The notes under the pieces: generated by a model
The model's database searches: none
Told to the model about the DNA's origin: nothing
The model's input: the letters and a program-made list of their open reading frames with translations, nothing else
Assembly: GCA_944323785.1 (NCBI GenBank)
Contig: CALUTU010000005.1
Location: 39,319 to 103,318, forward strand
Direction of reading: 5' to 3'
DNA from: an uncultured Bacteroidales bacterium
Lineage (GTDB): Bacteria > Bacteroidota > Bacteroidia > Bacteroidales > UBA932
DNA: 64,000 bases
Shown here: positions 21,364-30,247 of the stretch, one piece after another
Position numbering within the stretch: position 1 is the stretch's first letter
Layout: the number at the start of each line of letters is the position of its first letter
Program-made: the position numbers and the translations under genes

Positions 21364-21548
21364 CTTTTACAATGTCCAGCACACCATTTAAATATATTTC
21401 CCTAATTATCAAGCATATACATTTAGTAACTTGCTGGACTTCGTACATTTCGCCACAAAACCACCATATTACACCGAGTCCAGCAGACATCTTTTTTCTG
21501 GGCGCTTGATTATCGGCCACTTCTCTAATCTACTCCTGCTGGACTCCT
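21364..21548. repeat. R3 double-hairpin module, diverged solitary copy
   Basis: Aligns by eye with 36458-36645 and 36911-37098 at roughly two-thirds identity, with indels. Keeps all four GTCCAGCA / TGCTGGAC arms and the leading CTTTTACAATGTCCA. Confidence 0.8.
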
Positions 21549-21601
21549 CTAGACGGGCAAACTGAACACGAACGTTATGGACGGCTACTTCGCAGATGCC
21601 C

Positions 21602-21646
21602 ATAAAAAAAGCACAGCCCATTCGGGAAAACCGGAATGGACTGTGC
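21602..21646 (-). terminator. Rho-independent terminator (end of lipoprotein operon 1)
   Basis: The minus strand reads GCACAGTCCATTC-loop-GAATGGGCTGTGC (one G-U pair) followed by TTTTTTTATG. Lies 32 nt after the stop at 21678. Confidence 0.8.
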
Positions 21647-21677
21647 TGATTAATTCAGACTGGTCAGTAGCCTACCG

Positions 21678-23615
21678 TCATTTCGACAACAATACCGGTG
21701 CTGCGGATGGACCGTTCATAAGATCCACCAGATCCTGAATAGGACCCACGTTCGTAGTTACTGCCTGTACGAAAGTCCTGCTGACAGGTCCCCAGATACC
21801 TTCCGCGTCATTGGCCCACGTCACGAATGTGTAATCATAGTAGTCCGTATCATAATACTTATAAGGAACAATAATATGCGTGGTTGTATGATCTTCAACC
21901 TCTACCGTAAAAGGATTATCCGGCAGCCAACTCATAAGATCGTCGTCAGTCTTATACTCCTCCTCGGGATTAGAGTAGTTTCCGACAAGGTTGCTGTTAT
22001 AATAGCATTGTACGGCTTCCTCGGAAATCGTCACTTCGAATACGGCTAAGGCATTTCCGGAAACTGATGCGCTGCTTTCAGTGAAAAGTCCGGCCTCCAG
22101 AGCCTCATCTCCGTCGTAAATTCCCACCAGTTTATTGGAGAATATGGCTTTTGACTGCTCCTCAACCGTTGTGCTTGCTTCTTCAGTCACTTCAGCATTG
22201 CCTGGCTCCCCGTCATTGGATATAGCCACGACAGCTATCACATAGTCGGTCTCGGGAGTAAGGCCCGTAGCCTCAAAGTACTCGTATGTTCCCCTATAGC
22301 ATACCGAAGAGACTGCGTCTGTCATAGTATAACCGGGGTTGAAATCGATATTGAGATCATAATTGCTTTGAACGGCGGCTACTACTTCCTTCTGCGCCTT
22401 TTCCCAAGTGTACTCCGCTTTAGAAAGGACTACCGGCAGGTAGTAAATGGCACCGCATGAGTCCGTAGGATGGACCTCAAAGCCCAGTCTCTTTGCAGTA
22501 GCTACATTGACGATAATATCCGCTTTAAACTCATCAGGCTGCATACTGTGACCTGTATTAAAGGCCTCAAGCTCACAGCTGCTGGTAATGCCCATACCGG
22601 GAGTGTACCCGAATGCGAAAAGATAATACCTGCTGTCGGAATTAACCTCGAAATCCGGAATATCATAAGATCCGGTATAAAGCCCCATACCCTGATCAAG
22701 ATATGCGCCCTGATTGGTCACATACATCTTGGCAATTGCGTCCGCCTCATCCTCACTGATTCCAGGATAGTTTGTAGAAGGCTGGCACAGCCATACATAT
22801 GTTGCCTCATTGTCTGACGGCACCACCGACACATGCGCTGTTGTCGCGGTGATATCCGAGACAGACAGAGTGAAGGTCAGCTCAAATTCCTCTGCGGTGG
22901 TGGCATTGTCCTTAGCAATGCCTGTCTGAAGCGAGCCGTCTGAGGCTGAAAGTCCCATTACCGTCAGCAGATACTCTTTCTGCGGCTCAAGGCCTGTGAT
23001 ACTTCCTGTCCTCGTACCGGTAAACATATTTGCTGAAAGATAATCCTCCAGACTGCCTCCGGCCGCCTCGGTTATCTGCTCCAGTACAGCCGCATGCAGC
23101 TCCTCATCCGAAGATGACGCGTATGAGGCCGGAAGCGCGGCCACATAATAAGGCTGGGTATCCACACTCGGGACCACACGCCATGCGATGGCTTCCGATG
23201 TCGTACCTGTTACAGTAAGCTCAAAGGTACATTCTGCCTCCAAGGTACTGGCCTCGACGGTAGCTATCTCGGAATACAGGTCGCCATTGGCAGCCACTAC
23301 GGCAAAATAATAATCAGTAGACGGTTCCAGACCCGTAACCTCAACATCCCCGCCAGGTACCTCCACCTGCGTACCGGCACTCAGCAGTCCATTGGCAGAA
23401 GGCACTGACTGCAGGTCCTTTATCTGCATATACGCAAGTTCTGTCGCTCCCTCGGAGCTTATTCTTAAAGTTATGGATGAGGCATCAGACGACACCGCCT
23501 CCACCGATACGGTCGGAGCAGAGCCCTGCTCATCCTTGTTACAGGACGACAACAGCGCTGCCAGGACAACAGCTCCCGACAGCACGGACATTCTTAAAAA
23601 ATCTTTTCCTTTCAT
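21678..23615 (-). CDS. Surface lipoprotein with tandem FN3-like domains (operon 1, gene 7)
   Basis: 645-aa ORF with lipobox LLSSC followed by NKDEQ. Repeated segments end in TGLEPSTDYYFAVVA, TGLEPQKEYLLTVMG and TGLTPETDYVIAVVA. The N-terminal domain is paralogous to 40678-42210. Confidence 0.8.
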   Translation of the reverse strand: MKGKDFLRMSVLSGAVVLAALLSSCNKDEQGSAPTVSVEAVSSDASSITLRISSEGATELAYMQIKDLQSVPSANGLLSAGTQVEVPGGDVEVTGLEPSTDYYFAVVAANGDLYSEIATVEASTLEAECTFELTVTGTTSEAIAWRVVPSVDTQPYYVAALPASYASSSDEELHAAVLEQITEAAGGSLEDYLSANMFTGTRTGSITGLEPQKEYLLTVMGLSASDGSLQTGIAKDNATTAEEFELTFTLSVSDITATTAHVSVVPSDNEATYVWLCQPSTNYPGISEDEADAIAKMYVTNQGAYLDQGMGLYTGSYDIPDFEVNSDSRYYLFAFGYTPGMGITSSCELEAFNTGHSMQPDEFKADIIVNVATAKRLGFEVHPTDSCGAIYYLPVVLSKAEYTWEKAQKEVVAAVQSNYDLNIDFNPGYTMTDAVSSVCYRGTYEYFEATGLTPETDYVIAVVAISNDGEPGNAEVTEEASTTVEEQSKAIFSNKLVGIYDGDEALEAGLFTESSASVSGNALAVFEVTISEEAVQCYYNSNLVGNYSNPEEEYKTDDDLMSWLPDNPFTVEVEDHTTTHIIVPYKYYDTDYYDYTFVTWANDAEGIWGPVSRTFVQAVTTNVGPIQDLVDLMNGPSAAPVLLSK

Positions 23616-23629
23616 AATATAGGCTAATT

Positions 23630-24616
23630 TTATAGTTGTTCTTCATCGGAGTACGGCCCCATGTACCTGAGGTAATACCTAAGTTTTCCATGAGGGATAT
23701 AACACTTCGAACCGTCATAATTGGCCAGCACGAATCCCAACCGGTCTGAGGTGCCGAAATAGTCAGTCAGATAATCCGGATGCCACATGTAGACGACATC
23801 ATAGACCATCTCCTCATTTTCTTTAGAGAACTGAATCCTCACTTCCCTGTCATAAAGAGTATTGCATGTGTCAGAGACGGTCATGATACCTGTCTCCTCA
23901 TCAAATGTGAACTTTCCGGCAATACGTATGACAGTAGCGGCTCCGGCCACAGTCTCCATGCCGTCCACGACCTCAATGCATCCGTCATTGAACGTCACCG
24001 TGAAGAAAGTCCTCATTTCGGGATTGACAGCCTCCGGATCCGTGAACTCGAATCCCAACGCATCCTCAGACGATATCAGATCGTCCGGATGCTCCATGTT
24101 CCAGTCATGCGCATACTGGTCCGCATACTCTCCAGCCGTGACATACGAGTCCCAAAGTTCGGACTGACGCTCGGGATTCACTTCCTGGAATATAGTCTCC
24201 TCCCTGTCGAACTTGCATATCCTTGCTGTCCAGACAGCATTTTCCAGGTCGTACATATAAACCTTTGAAGCATCACCCTGCTCGACTGTGAAGAACACAT
24301 CCTCAGCCAGTCTGTCGCTGACAAGATGCACTACGGCAGTCCTGGCCGCCCCCCTATTGGTGTCTACCTGAAAGGTCAGCACACCGTCCACACTGAAATC
24401 CCAGCCTCCGATCCATGTCTCTCCGCATACCGGTTCCAGTTCGACATTCTCATTTCCATCAACTAAGTATTTGATCGAAAAAGTACCTCCTGCCGACGGG
24501 ACTGTCAAAGTATTGGGAGCGATACTTACGGCAACATCCGAAGACGAACCGGAATCCCTTTCGCACGATACGGACACTGCAAGAATCACTACTGCAAATA
24601 AAAAAATTAAACGTTT
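23630..24616 (-). CDS. Lipoprotein with BACON-like N-terminal domain (operon 1, gene 6)
   Basis: Lipobox VSVSC followed by ERDSGSSSD. BACON-like segment reads LTVPSAGGTFSIKYLV...TAVVHLVSD...FTVEQ. Start could be 24643. Confidence 0.75.
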   Translation of the reverse strand, partial: KRLIFLFAVVILAVSVSCERDSGSSSDVAVSIAPNTLTVPSAGGTFSIKYLVDGNENVELEPVCGETWIGGWDFSVDGVLTFQVDTNRGAARTAVVHLVSDRLAEDVFFTVEQGDASKVYMYDLENAVWTARICKFDREETIFQEVNPERQSELWDSYVTAGEYADQYAHDWNMEHPDDLISSEDALGFEFTDPEAVNPEMRTFFTVTFNDGCIEVVDGMETVAGAATVIRIAGKFTFDEETGIMTVSDTCNTLYDREVRIQFSKENEEMVYDVVYMWHPDYLTDYFGTSDRLGFVLANYDGSKCYIPHGKLRYYLRYMGPYSDEEQL

Positions 24617-24788
24617 CATAATATAAATAATTAAAACTTTCATTTATCCGAAATCACCGTTGCCGGCATCAATTCACCATGAACAGCCAGAGACGTGATG
24701 TCAATTGCAAAGAAGAACGTATGAATGTCTCAAACTCACATTAATATAATCAAGTTAAACATCAAACAAAGCATGCGCTTATCGGCAG

Positions 24789-24796
24789 CAAAGTTA
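24789..24796 (-). promoter_or_regulatory. Possible internal -7 box TAACTTTG in the 211-bp AT-rich gap of operon 1
   Basis: TAnnTTTG on the minus strand. It lies more than 145 nt upstream of the next start, so this is weak. Confidence 0.25.
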
Positions 24797-24854
24797 CCGA
24801 CATATTTCAAGATAAGCAAATTTTTATAACCAATTCTTATATTGTCGTCCTCTA

Positions 24855-26477
24855 TTAAGACTCAGGCTCCTCCCAGACCGGCTCCCCGTCGTATTCGAAG
24901 GCAAACTCATCCACGTACATCAGACTGCCGATGCCCCCGGTGAAAAAGTCCGCATACTTGCTGGCCACGGCAACCACGGCGCAGTATGTCGGCTTACGAT
25001 GGTCGCGGTACTTGATGTCTATCGAGAACTGCTTGTACTGACCGCCCGTACCCGTGCTGTCCACCAGTTCCCCGTAACCGATTACGTCCGGGTCATTGAC
25101 GTCGAGATACACGTGCTCATTGGTATTGACCCTGCAAGGTCCGTCCCATGCCGTCACGTAGACGAAGATATGACACCGGTCCATCCGTCCGCCGATAGTA
25201 TTGCGGTCAAAGGGAAGATCCACTCCCGACGGAGGATTGACATTGTCAATGGGCACGGGCTCGTAACTGTACCATCCCGTCATCCTCAACGGTCTGGTCT
25301 CGAAGGGGCGTCCGAAGAACACCTCGGCTCCGAGTCCCTGCACGCTTCCGAAATGCCCCGAGAACACATTGCCGCCGGCCATGGCTATCACGACCTTGAC
25401 AGTCTCCAGTCTTGCGGCCATCTTGCCGTCACCGGACACCGCCAGAAAACTCTCCTCCGGAGAAGTCGGATTGGCCTCCCCGATGATATTCGCGCCTATA
25501 TTACCCGAGTCCCACCAGTAACCCGCGTCCAGGTCAGGATTGGCAAACCAGCTCTTGCCGTCCTTTATCCACTGGTCAAAACCCATATTGGGCATCTGTG
25601 CGGCAGCCTCCGTAGTGAAGGTCTCCTCGCTGCCCTCCGCATCTCCGGAATATATCCTGTAGACATAGTCCGTTTCAGGCTCAAGGCCTGTCAGACGGGC
25701 GTTCACGTTCATGCCTGACACCTCCACTCCGGATACTTCCGTCCACTCGGTGTCCGACGCCTTCCGGTACCTGAAACCAGGAGCCTCAGAGCCTTCGGGA
25801 ACCATACCGTAAAGATAGGCCGAGTACGCCCACGCATCAGCCGGCTCGGTAGTCAGCGTCACTTCCCGCGGTATGACAGCCATGGTCCACTCCTCCACGA
25901 CATCCCTGTATGACACTGTAAACACCTGCGGTGAGGTAAAATCCCTGACCGACTCCGGAGCCGGAGTAATGACAGAGTTGGAAGGACCGAGTTTCATGTC
26001 CGTAATCTCAATGGAGTCCAAAGGAGTATCCAAAGTCACATAGACCACGGCCTCATGCTCGTCGGGATTGATGGAAGCCTCACCTATCTGGTTGCGTACC
26101 CGGACATATCTCTCAATCGTCTGGGTGGCGGTCACAGTCCAGCGGTACACCTGCCCGGGCCATGTGGTCAATTCATAGTACAATGGAGCCGACAGGTCGA
26201 CAAAGGCAGTGTCGAGGGCCGGAGACACTGTCGTATTGGAAGACGTCTCGAATCTGAGCAGGCGGACATGGCTCATAGTCACCGTATCAGCCATATCCAC
26301 GGACACCGTCAACGCGGATGAGTCGATCACAGCCGCGGACAGCTGCCCCTGAACCTCAAAGGCGGTTATAGTCCCCAGTCTCCTGGGATAAGGGATGTCA
26401 TTCTTTATACATCCGGAAGCCGCAAGCAGAATTGCCGCGGACATCAGGGCGCAAATGATATTTTTCCTGGACGACAT
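24855..26477 (-). CDS. Lipoprotein: FN3-like + PCMD-like C-terminal domain (operon 1, gene 5)
   Basis: 540-aa ORF with lipobox AASGC. FN3-like segment ARLTGLEPETDYVYRIY. C-terminal module MPNMGFDQWIKDGKSWFANPD...WWDSGNIGAN...LMYVDEFAFEY is shared with genes at 27281 and 30248. The 'putative carbohydrate metabolism domain' assignment is from memory. Confidence 0.75.
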   Translation of the reverse strand: MSSRKNIICALMSAAILLAASGCIKNDIPYPRRLGTITAFEVQGQLSAAVIDSSALTVSVDMADTVTMSHVRLLRFETSSNTTVSPALDTAFVDLSAPLYYELTTWPGQVYRWTVTATQTIERYVRVRNQIGEASINPDEHEAVVYVTLDTPLDSIEITDMKLGPSNSVITPAPESVRDFTSPQVFTVSYRDVVEEWTMAVIPREVTLTTEPADAWAYSAYLYGMVPEGSEAPGFRYRKASDTEWTEVSGVEVSGMNVNARLTGLEPETDYVYRIYSGDAEGSEETFTTEAAAQMPNMGFDQWIKDGKSWFANPDLDAGYWWDSGNIGANIIGEANPTSPEESFLAVSGDGKMAARLETVKVVIAMAGGNVFSGHFGSVQGLGAEVFFGRPFETRPLRMTGWYSYEPVPIDNVNPPSGVDLPFDRNTIGGRMDRCHIFVYVTAWDGPCRVNTNEHVYLDVNDPDVIGYGELVDSTGTGGQYKQFSIDIKYRDHRKPTYCAVVAVASKYADFFTGGIGSLMYVDEFAFEYDGEPVWEEPES

Positions 26478-26483
26478 GACTCA

Positions 26484-27284
26484 TCAGTTTTTTGACGCTG
26501 ACGGCTTTTCGTTGAGCACCGGCAGCACGAAATTGATTCCTATGTTGATTGACAGCAGGTTGAGCTTGAAATTGGCCTTCGATGTCTCATAACTGCCCTC
26601 GTAGACCTGATTGGTTGTCTGCGATATCCGCTTCCACTCCAGACCGAGTATGCCCACCGAGGCCTCCACACACATGTCATTGGTCACAAAAACCGATACT
26701 CCCGGTATAACATCTATGCCTATGTCCAGAATTTTCTGGTAAGTTCCGGTAAGATTGTCGCCCGTCCCGGAAAGAGACTTGCCCTGTCCGGCTCCGAAGT
26801 TCAGGGATATGTCGCTGAATATTCCGAACACCCTGCTCTTTCCTATCGGTATATAATAACGGTAGGACACGGAACCGTAGTATGTGTGCTGCAGGGTATA
26901 GAAATCAGATATTCCGAAGGAAAGGTCGTCAGACAGAGAAATATCGGTCTGGTCTATCCTTCCGAGCGTTCTCTTATAGGAAAATTTTACGCCCACTGCC
27001 ATATTCTTCGCAAAAGAGTAATATATACTGGGAGTGACAGAAAGAGTGTAGGCATTGATATTCATGTCATCAAGTATCAGGAACGTGTAGTCATAGAAAC
27101 TGTAGTCCCTGTACGACACTGTGCCTCCGAACATCAACTGTCCTTTGGGCATAAACACAGGCGCGTCCCTATGATCCAGACCACGGTCAAACTTTTCCGC
27201 TCCCGTGGATGAGAACGGAAAAGCCGCAAGAAGCACTGTCAGCAGACATAACCCCGCAAAACTGATATTAGCCTTTTTTATCAT
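26484..27284 (-). CDS. Small outer-membrane beta-barrel protein (operon 1, gene 4)
   Basis: 266-aa ORF with a signal peptide and no lipobox. Shows an alternating hydrophobic/aromatic strand pattern with many Y/F/G. ATGA overlap with the upstream gene. Confidence 0.75.
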   Translation of the reverse strand: MIKKANISFAGLCLLTVLLAAFPFSSTGAEKFDRGLDHRDAPVFMPKGQLMFGGTVSYRDYSFYDYTFLILDDMNINAYTLSVTPSIYYSFAKNMAVGVKFSYKRTLGRIDQTDISLSDDLSFGISDFYTLQHTYYGSVSYRYYIPIGKSRVFGIFSDISLNFGAGQGKSLSGTGDNLTGTYQKILDIGIDVIPGVSVFVTNDMCVEASVGILGLEWKRISQTTNQVYEGSYETSKANFKLNLLSINIGINFVLPVLNEKPSASKN

Positions 27285-29011
27285 TCAAACAAGAATTCAA
27301 ATTCGTCTATATACATGGTACTGCCCACTCCGCCGGTAAAATAGTCGGCATACTTGCTGGCAGTGGCCACTACGAGCACATGAGTAGGTATGCGCTCCAG
27401 GTCGCGGTACTCCAGATCGATGGTAAACTCCTTATACTCTCCGTTTGAGTTTTCGGGAATCTCCAGTTCTCCATAGGCTATCACTGCCGGATCTTCGTCA
27501 GGAACGAAGAATGTTCCGGTATTGGTGTTCACATTGAACGGAGAGCTCCAGTCCGTCAGAGCAACATATATCTTGCCGACATCCATAGTTCCCTTCAGAT
27601 CCTCATAAGGAGCCTTCACCTTGTCTATTGCTTTAGGTGCATACGAATACCATCCGTGCAGGGCGGTCGGACGGCAGGTGTACGGGCGGCCGAAGTTAAT
27701 CGAAGCTCCCAGACCGGACACCGAACCGAACGAGCCGGAATAGATATTGCCCCCTGCAAAGGCCAGTATCACATATTTGGACTCCATCCTTACAGCCTTT
27801 CCGGAGACCACAAATGTCTCTTCCGGAGATGTCGGGTTCACCTCGCTCAGTGTGTTGGCTCCCTTATTTCCGGAATCCCAGAAATAATTGTCCCCCATAT
27901 CGGCATTGGCATACCAGTTCTTTCCATCCTTGTACCACGAGTCAAAGTTGAAGTTGGGGAGCTGGTCCGCCGCCTCGGTCGTAAACTGCACTACATTGTC
28001 ATCCTTCCTGTCCTGAGCCGTCACAGCCCTGAACTCATACTCCGTCTCAGGCTCCAGGCCCGTGATACGGGCCGAGAATGTCTTGCCTTCGTAGGAGATC
28101 TCACCTGCGAAATCCGTCCACTCAGCCTCCGAGGCCTTTCTGTACTGGAATCCAAGGCCCTCGGGAGCCGAATCCGTAGTATACTTTCCGTTTACGTATG
28201 CGAACATGGCCCATGGATTGGCATCTCCAGTAATCACCTCCTGATTAAGAACCGGCAGATCTATGATGTCTATGACATGCTCCTTGTCGTTAAGCGTACC
28301 GTCCACAGTGACTTTCAGGGACAGACCTCCGCCTGTCGAAGTGCCGCCCTCCACATCGAAACTGAACTTATAGTGATCCCTTGGCTCAACATCGGAGACC
28401 TCCCCTGACTGGGAGAATCTGTCCCCGTCAGTATTGACCAAATCGATAGTCCACTTCAGAGTACCTGTACACCTGAAATAGCCCTCAGAGGCCAGAGTCT
28501 CACCGGCATAGACCAGCGAACCGCCCTCATTGCCGTTGGACACAGTCACAGAGTACTCCGTAAAATTGATCCGGACATTCTCCGAGACCGTCACCGTAGC
28601 CTTCACATTGGCCAGAGTGCAGACAATATCCGCATAGGCGCTTTCCCCGGCCACGACATCCACTGTGTCAGCACCTTTATAATAAGGTGCCTCAAAGGCG
28701 GCCTCCACATCCTCACCGTTGGTGGCCTCCACTATATACTTGCCCTCCGTAAGAGAGACAGGCTCGTCCATTATAGTGTGATGATCCTCAATTGTCTTCA
28801 CTATCACTCCGTTCTCGTAATTCTTGATTACCACCTTAAATGTCGGGTCATCCTCCTGCGCCTTGACCTCCGTCACCGTCAGGTCTGAGGAGATATTGAG
28901 TCTGAGAAAGCCCTCACCTCCATTGCCCGGCACCAGTTCGTCTTGACGGGAGCACGATATTGCCGCAATAACGGCCATCAGTGCAACAATAACTGCATTT
29001 TTCATATCCAA
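27281..29011 (-). CDS. Lipoprotein: DUF4493-like N-terminal module + FN3-like + PCMD-like domain (operon 1, gene 3)
   Basis: 576-aa ORF with lipobox AAISC followed by SRQDE. FN3-like segment ARITGLEPETEYEFRAV. C-terminal module LPNFNFDSWYKDGKNWYANAD...FWDSGNKGAN...MYIDEFEFLFE. Confidence 0.75.
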   Translation of the reverse strand: MDMKNAVIVALMAVIAAISCSRQDELVPGNGGEGFLRLNISSDLTVTEVKAQEDDPTFKVVIKNYENGVIVKTIEDHHTIMDEPVSLTEGKYIVEATNGEDVEAAFEAPYYKGADTVDVVAGESAYADIVCTLANVKATVTVSENVRINFTEYSVTVSNGNEGGSLVYAGETLASEGYFRCTGTLKWTIDLVNTDGDRFSQSGEVSDVEPRDHYKFSFDVEGGTSTGGGLSLKVTVDGTLNDKEHVIDIIDLPVLNQEVITGDANPWAMFAYVNGKYTTDSAPEGLGFQYRKASEAEWTDFAGEISYEGKTFSARITGLEPETEYEFRAVTAQDRKDDNVVQFTTEAADQLPNFNFDSWYKDGKNWYANADMGDNYFWDSGNKGANTLSEVNPTSPEETFVVSGKAVRMESKYVILAFAGGNIYSGSFGSVSGLGASINFGRPYTCRPTALHGWYSYAPKAIDKVKAPYEDLKGTMDVGKIYVALTDWSSPFNVNTNTGTFFVPDEDPAVIAYGELEIPENSNGEYKEFTIDLEYRDLERIPTHVLVVATASKYADYFTGGVGSTMYIDEFEFLFE

Positions 29012-29021
29012 GTCCTCCCAT

Positions 29022-30221
29022 TTATGCTTCCATGATGATGGTCAGTGTCCTGGTAACGGAGGCCCCGTCATTGTCGGTAATGACTATTTCCAGTTCATTG
29101 GTCTCCTCAGGCATAGCACTGAGGAATGCCGCGATCTGGAAGACTACCTCTGTCTTGCCCTTCACATCGGCCGATGTTATGCCGAACAGAGTACCCCAGA
29201 AACCCTCCTCTGCCGCATTCATGTTGGCTAAATCCACAGAATAAGACATCTGCATCATATCCAAAAGTCCCCTGAGTCCTGTTGACTTGACATTGACCAC
29301 ATACTTTTCAATACCTGCGGGCGCACTTACCGTCAGATTGAACTCAGAAGGCAGGGCGGACTTGCTGTAGGTGACAGGTTCGTCAATACCGGCTGTGGCC
29401 GAGATGGTGATTGCATCTGTATCAGGAACTTCAGGCTCATCCGGATCTACCGGATTCTCTTCCATACCGTCAATGATGATATGCTCCTCTTTCTCGTTGC
29501 AGGTATAGTCGATGCTTATTCCGTCGGAGAAATCGGCATATCCGGTGCCTCCCGCATCCAGTGTGAAGATATGGTGATCCCTTGCCGCCACCTCGGATAT
29601 CTCCATATGATGAGTGACCGTACCTCCGTTCTTTCTGACGGCATACAGGTCCATGGTCAGAGGCGCCACGTCGAAATAACCGGCGTCACCGGCGTCAATC
29701 CTGTCCTTCGTAAAGATAAGCGGGCCGTCCTCCGTCGTCACTGTTACAGTAAAGTCTGTCTCCACCTCTGCAAGGAACGAGTCGGTACACCGTACTGACA
29801 CTTTCATATTGGCTATAGTGCAGACCACAGATACCTGGGCAGTGCTTCCGGCCTCAACAGTCACCTCCTGGGAACCGAAGAAGACAGGCTGATTCCACGC
29901 TACAGGCTGCTTCTCGCCGGAACCTGCCTCGACTCTGTACACTGCGGGATCCAGAGAGACCGTACCGGGCATATCCGCGTACCTGTCCCACGAATACACC
30001 GTCCTGCCGCTGGCCACATCCACGATATTGATTGCAAATTCATTGACATCTGCTGTCTCTTCTGACTTGGAAACAGGGCTCACTTCTACAAAACTGCCCG
30101 TTGCTGTCAGGGAAAGTGTCAGCTGAGCCTTGTCTCCGCTGTATGACACTCCTTCTTTGTTGCATCCAGTGGCCAATAAGGCTGACACAGCCACTGTCAA
30201 TGCCAAAACTGTCTTCTTCAT
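29022..30221 (-). CDS. Lipoprotein: DUF4493-like N-terminal module + unknown C-terminal domain (operon 1, gene 2)
   Basis: 399-aa ORF with lipobox LATGC. The N-terminal ~230 aa are alignable by eye with the N-termini of the 27281 and 30248 products (…VVCTIANMKVSV…GYF…). Confidence 0.7.
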   Translation of the reverse strand: MKKTVLALTVAVSALLATGCNKEGVSYSGDKAQLTLSLTATGSFVEVSPVSKSEETADVNEFAINIVDVASGRTVYSWDRYADMPGTVSLDPAVYRVEAGSGEKQPVAWNQPVFFGSQEVTVEAGSTAQVSVVCTIANMKVSVRCTDSFLAEVETDFTVTVTTEDGPLIFTKDRIDAGDAGYFDVAPLTMDLYAVRKNGGTVTHHMEISEVAARDHHIFTLDAGGTGYADFSDGISIDYTCNEKEEHIIIDGMEENPVDPDEPEVPDTDAITISATAGIDEPVTYSKSALPSEFNLTVSAPAGIEKYVVNVKSTGLRGLLDMMQMSYSVDLANMNAAEEGFWGTLFGITSADVKGKTEVVFQIAAFLSAMPEETNELEIVITDNDGASVTRTLTIIMEA

Positions 30222-30247
30222 TTTTGTTTTTTTAAAGGTTTTAGTTT

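Noticed and set aside
21290-21520. 76-aa ORF on the minus strand in the 21.4-kb spacer. Similar small ORFs lie at 36466-36648, 36564-36788 and 51590-51811.
   Set aside because: They lie on the R1/R2/R3 repeat modules. The copies are conserved at the DNA level with frame-breaking indels, and their translations are unrelated to one another.
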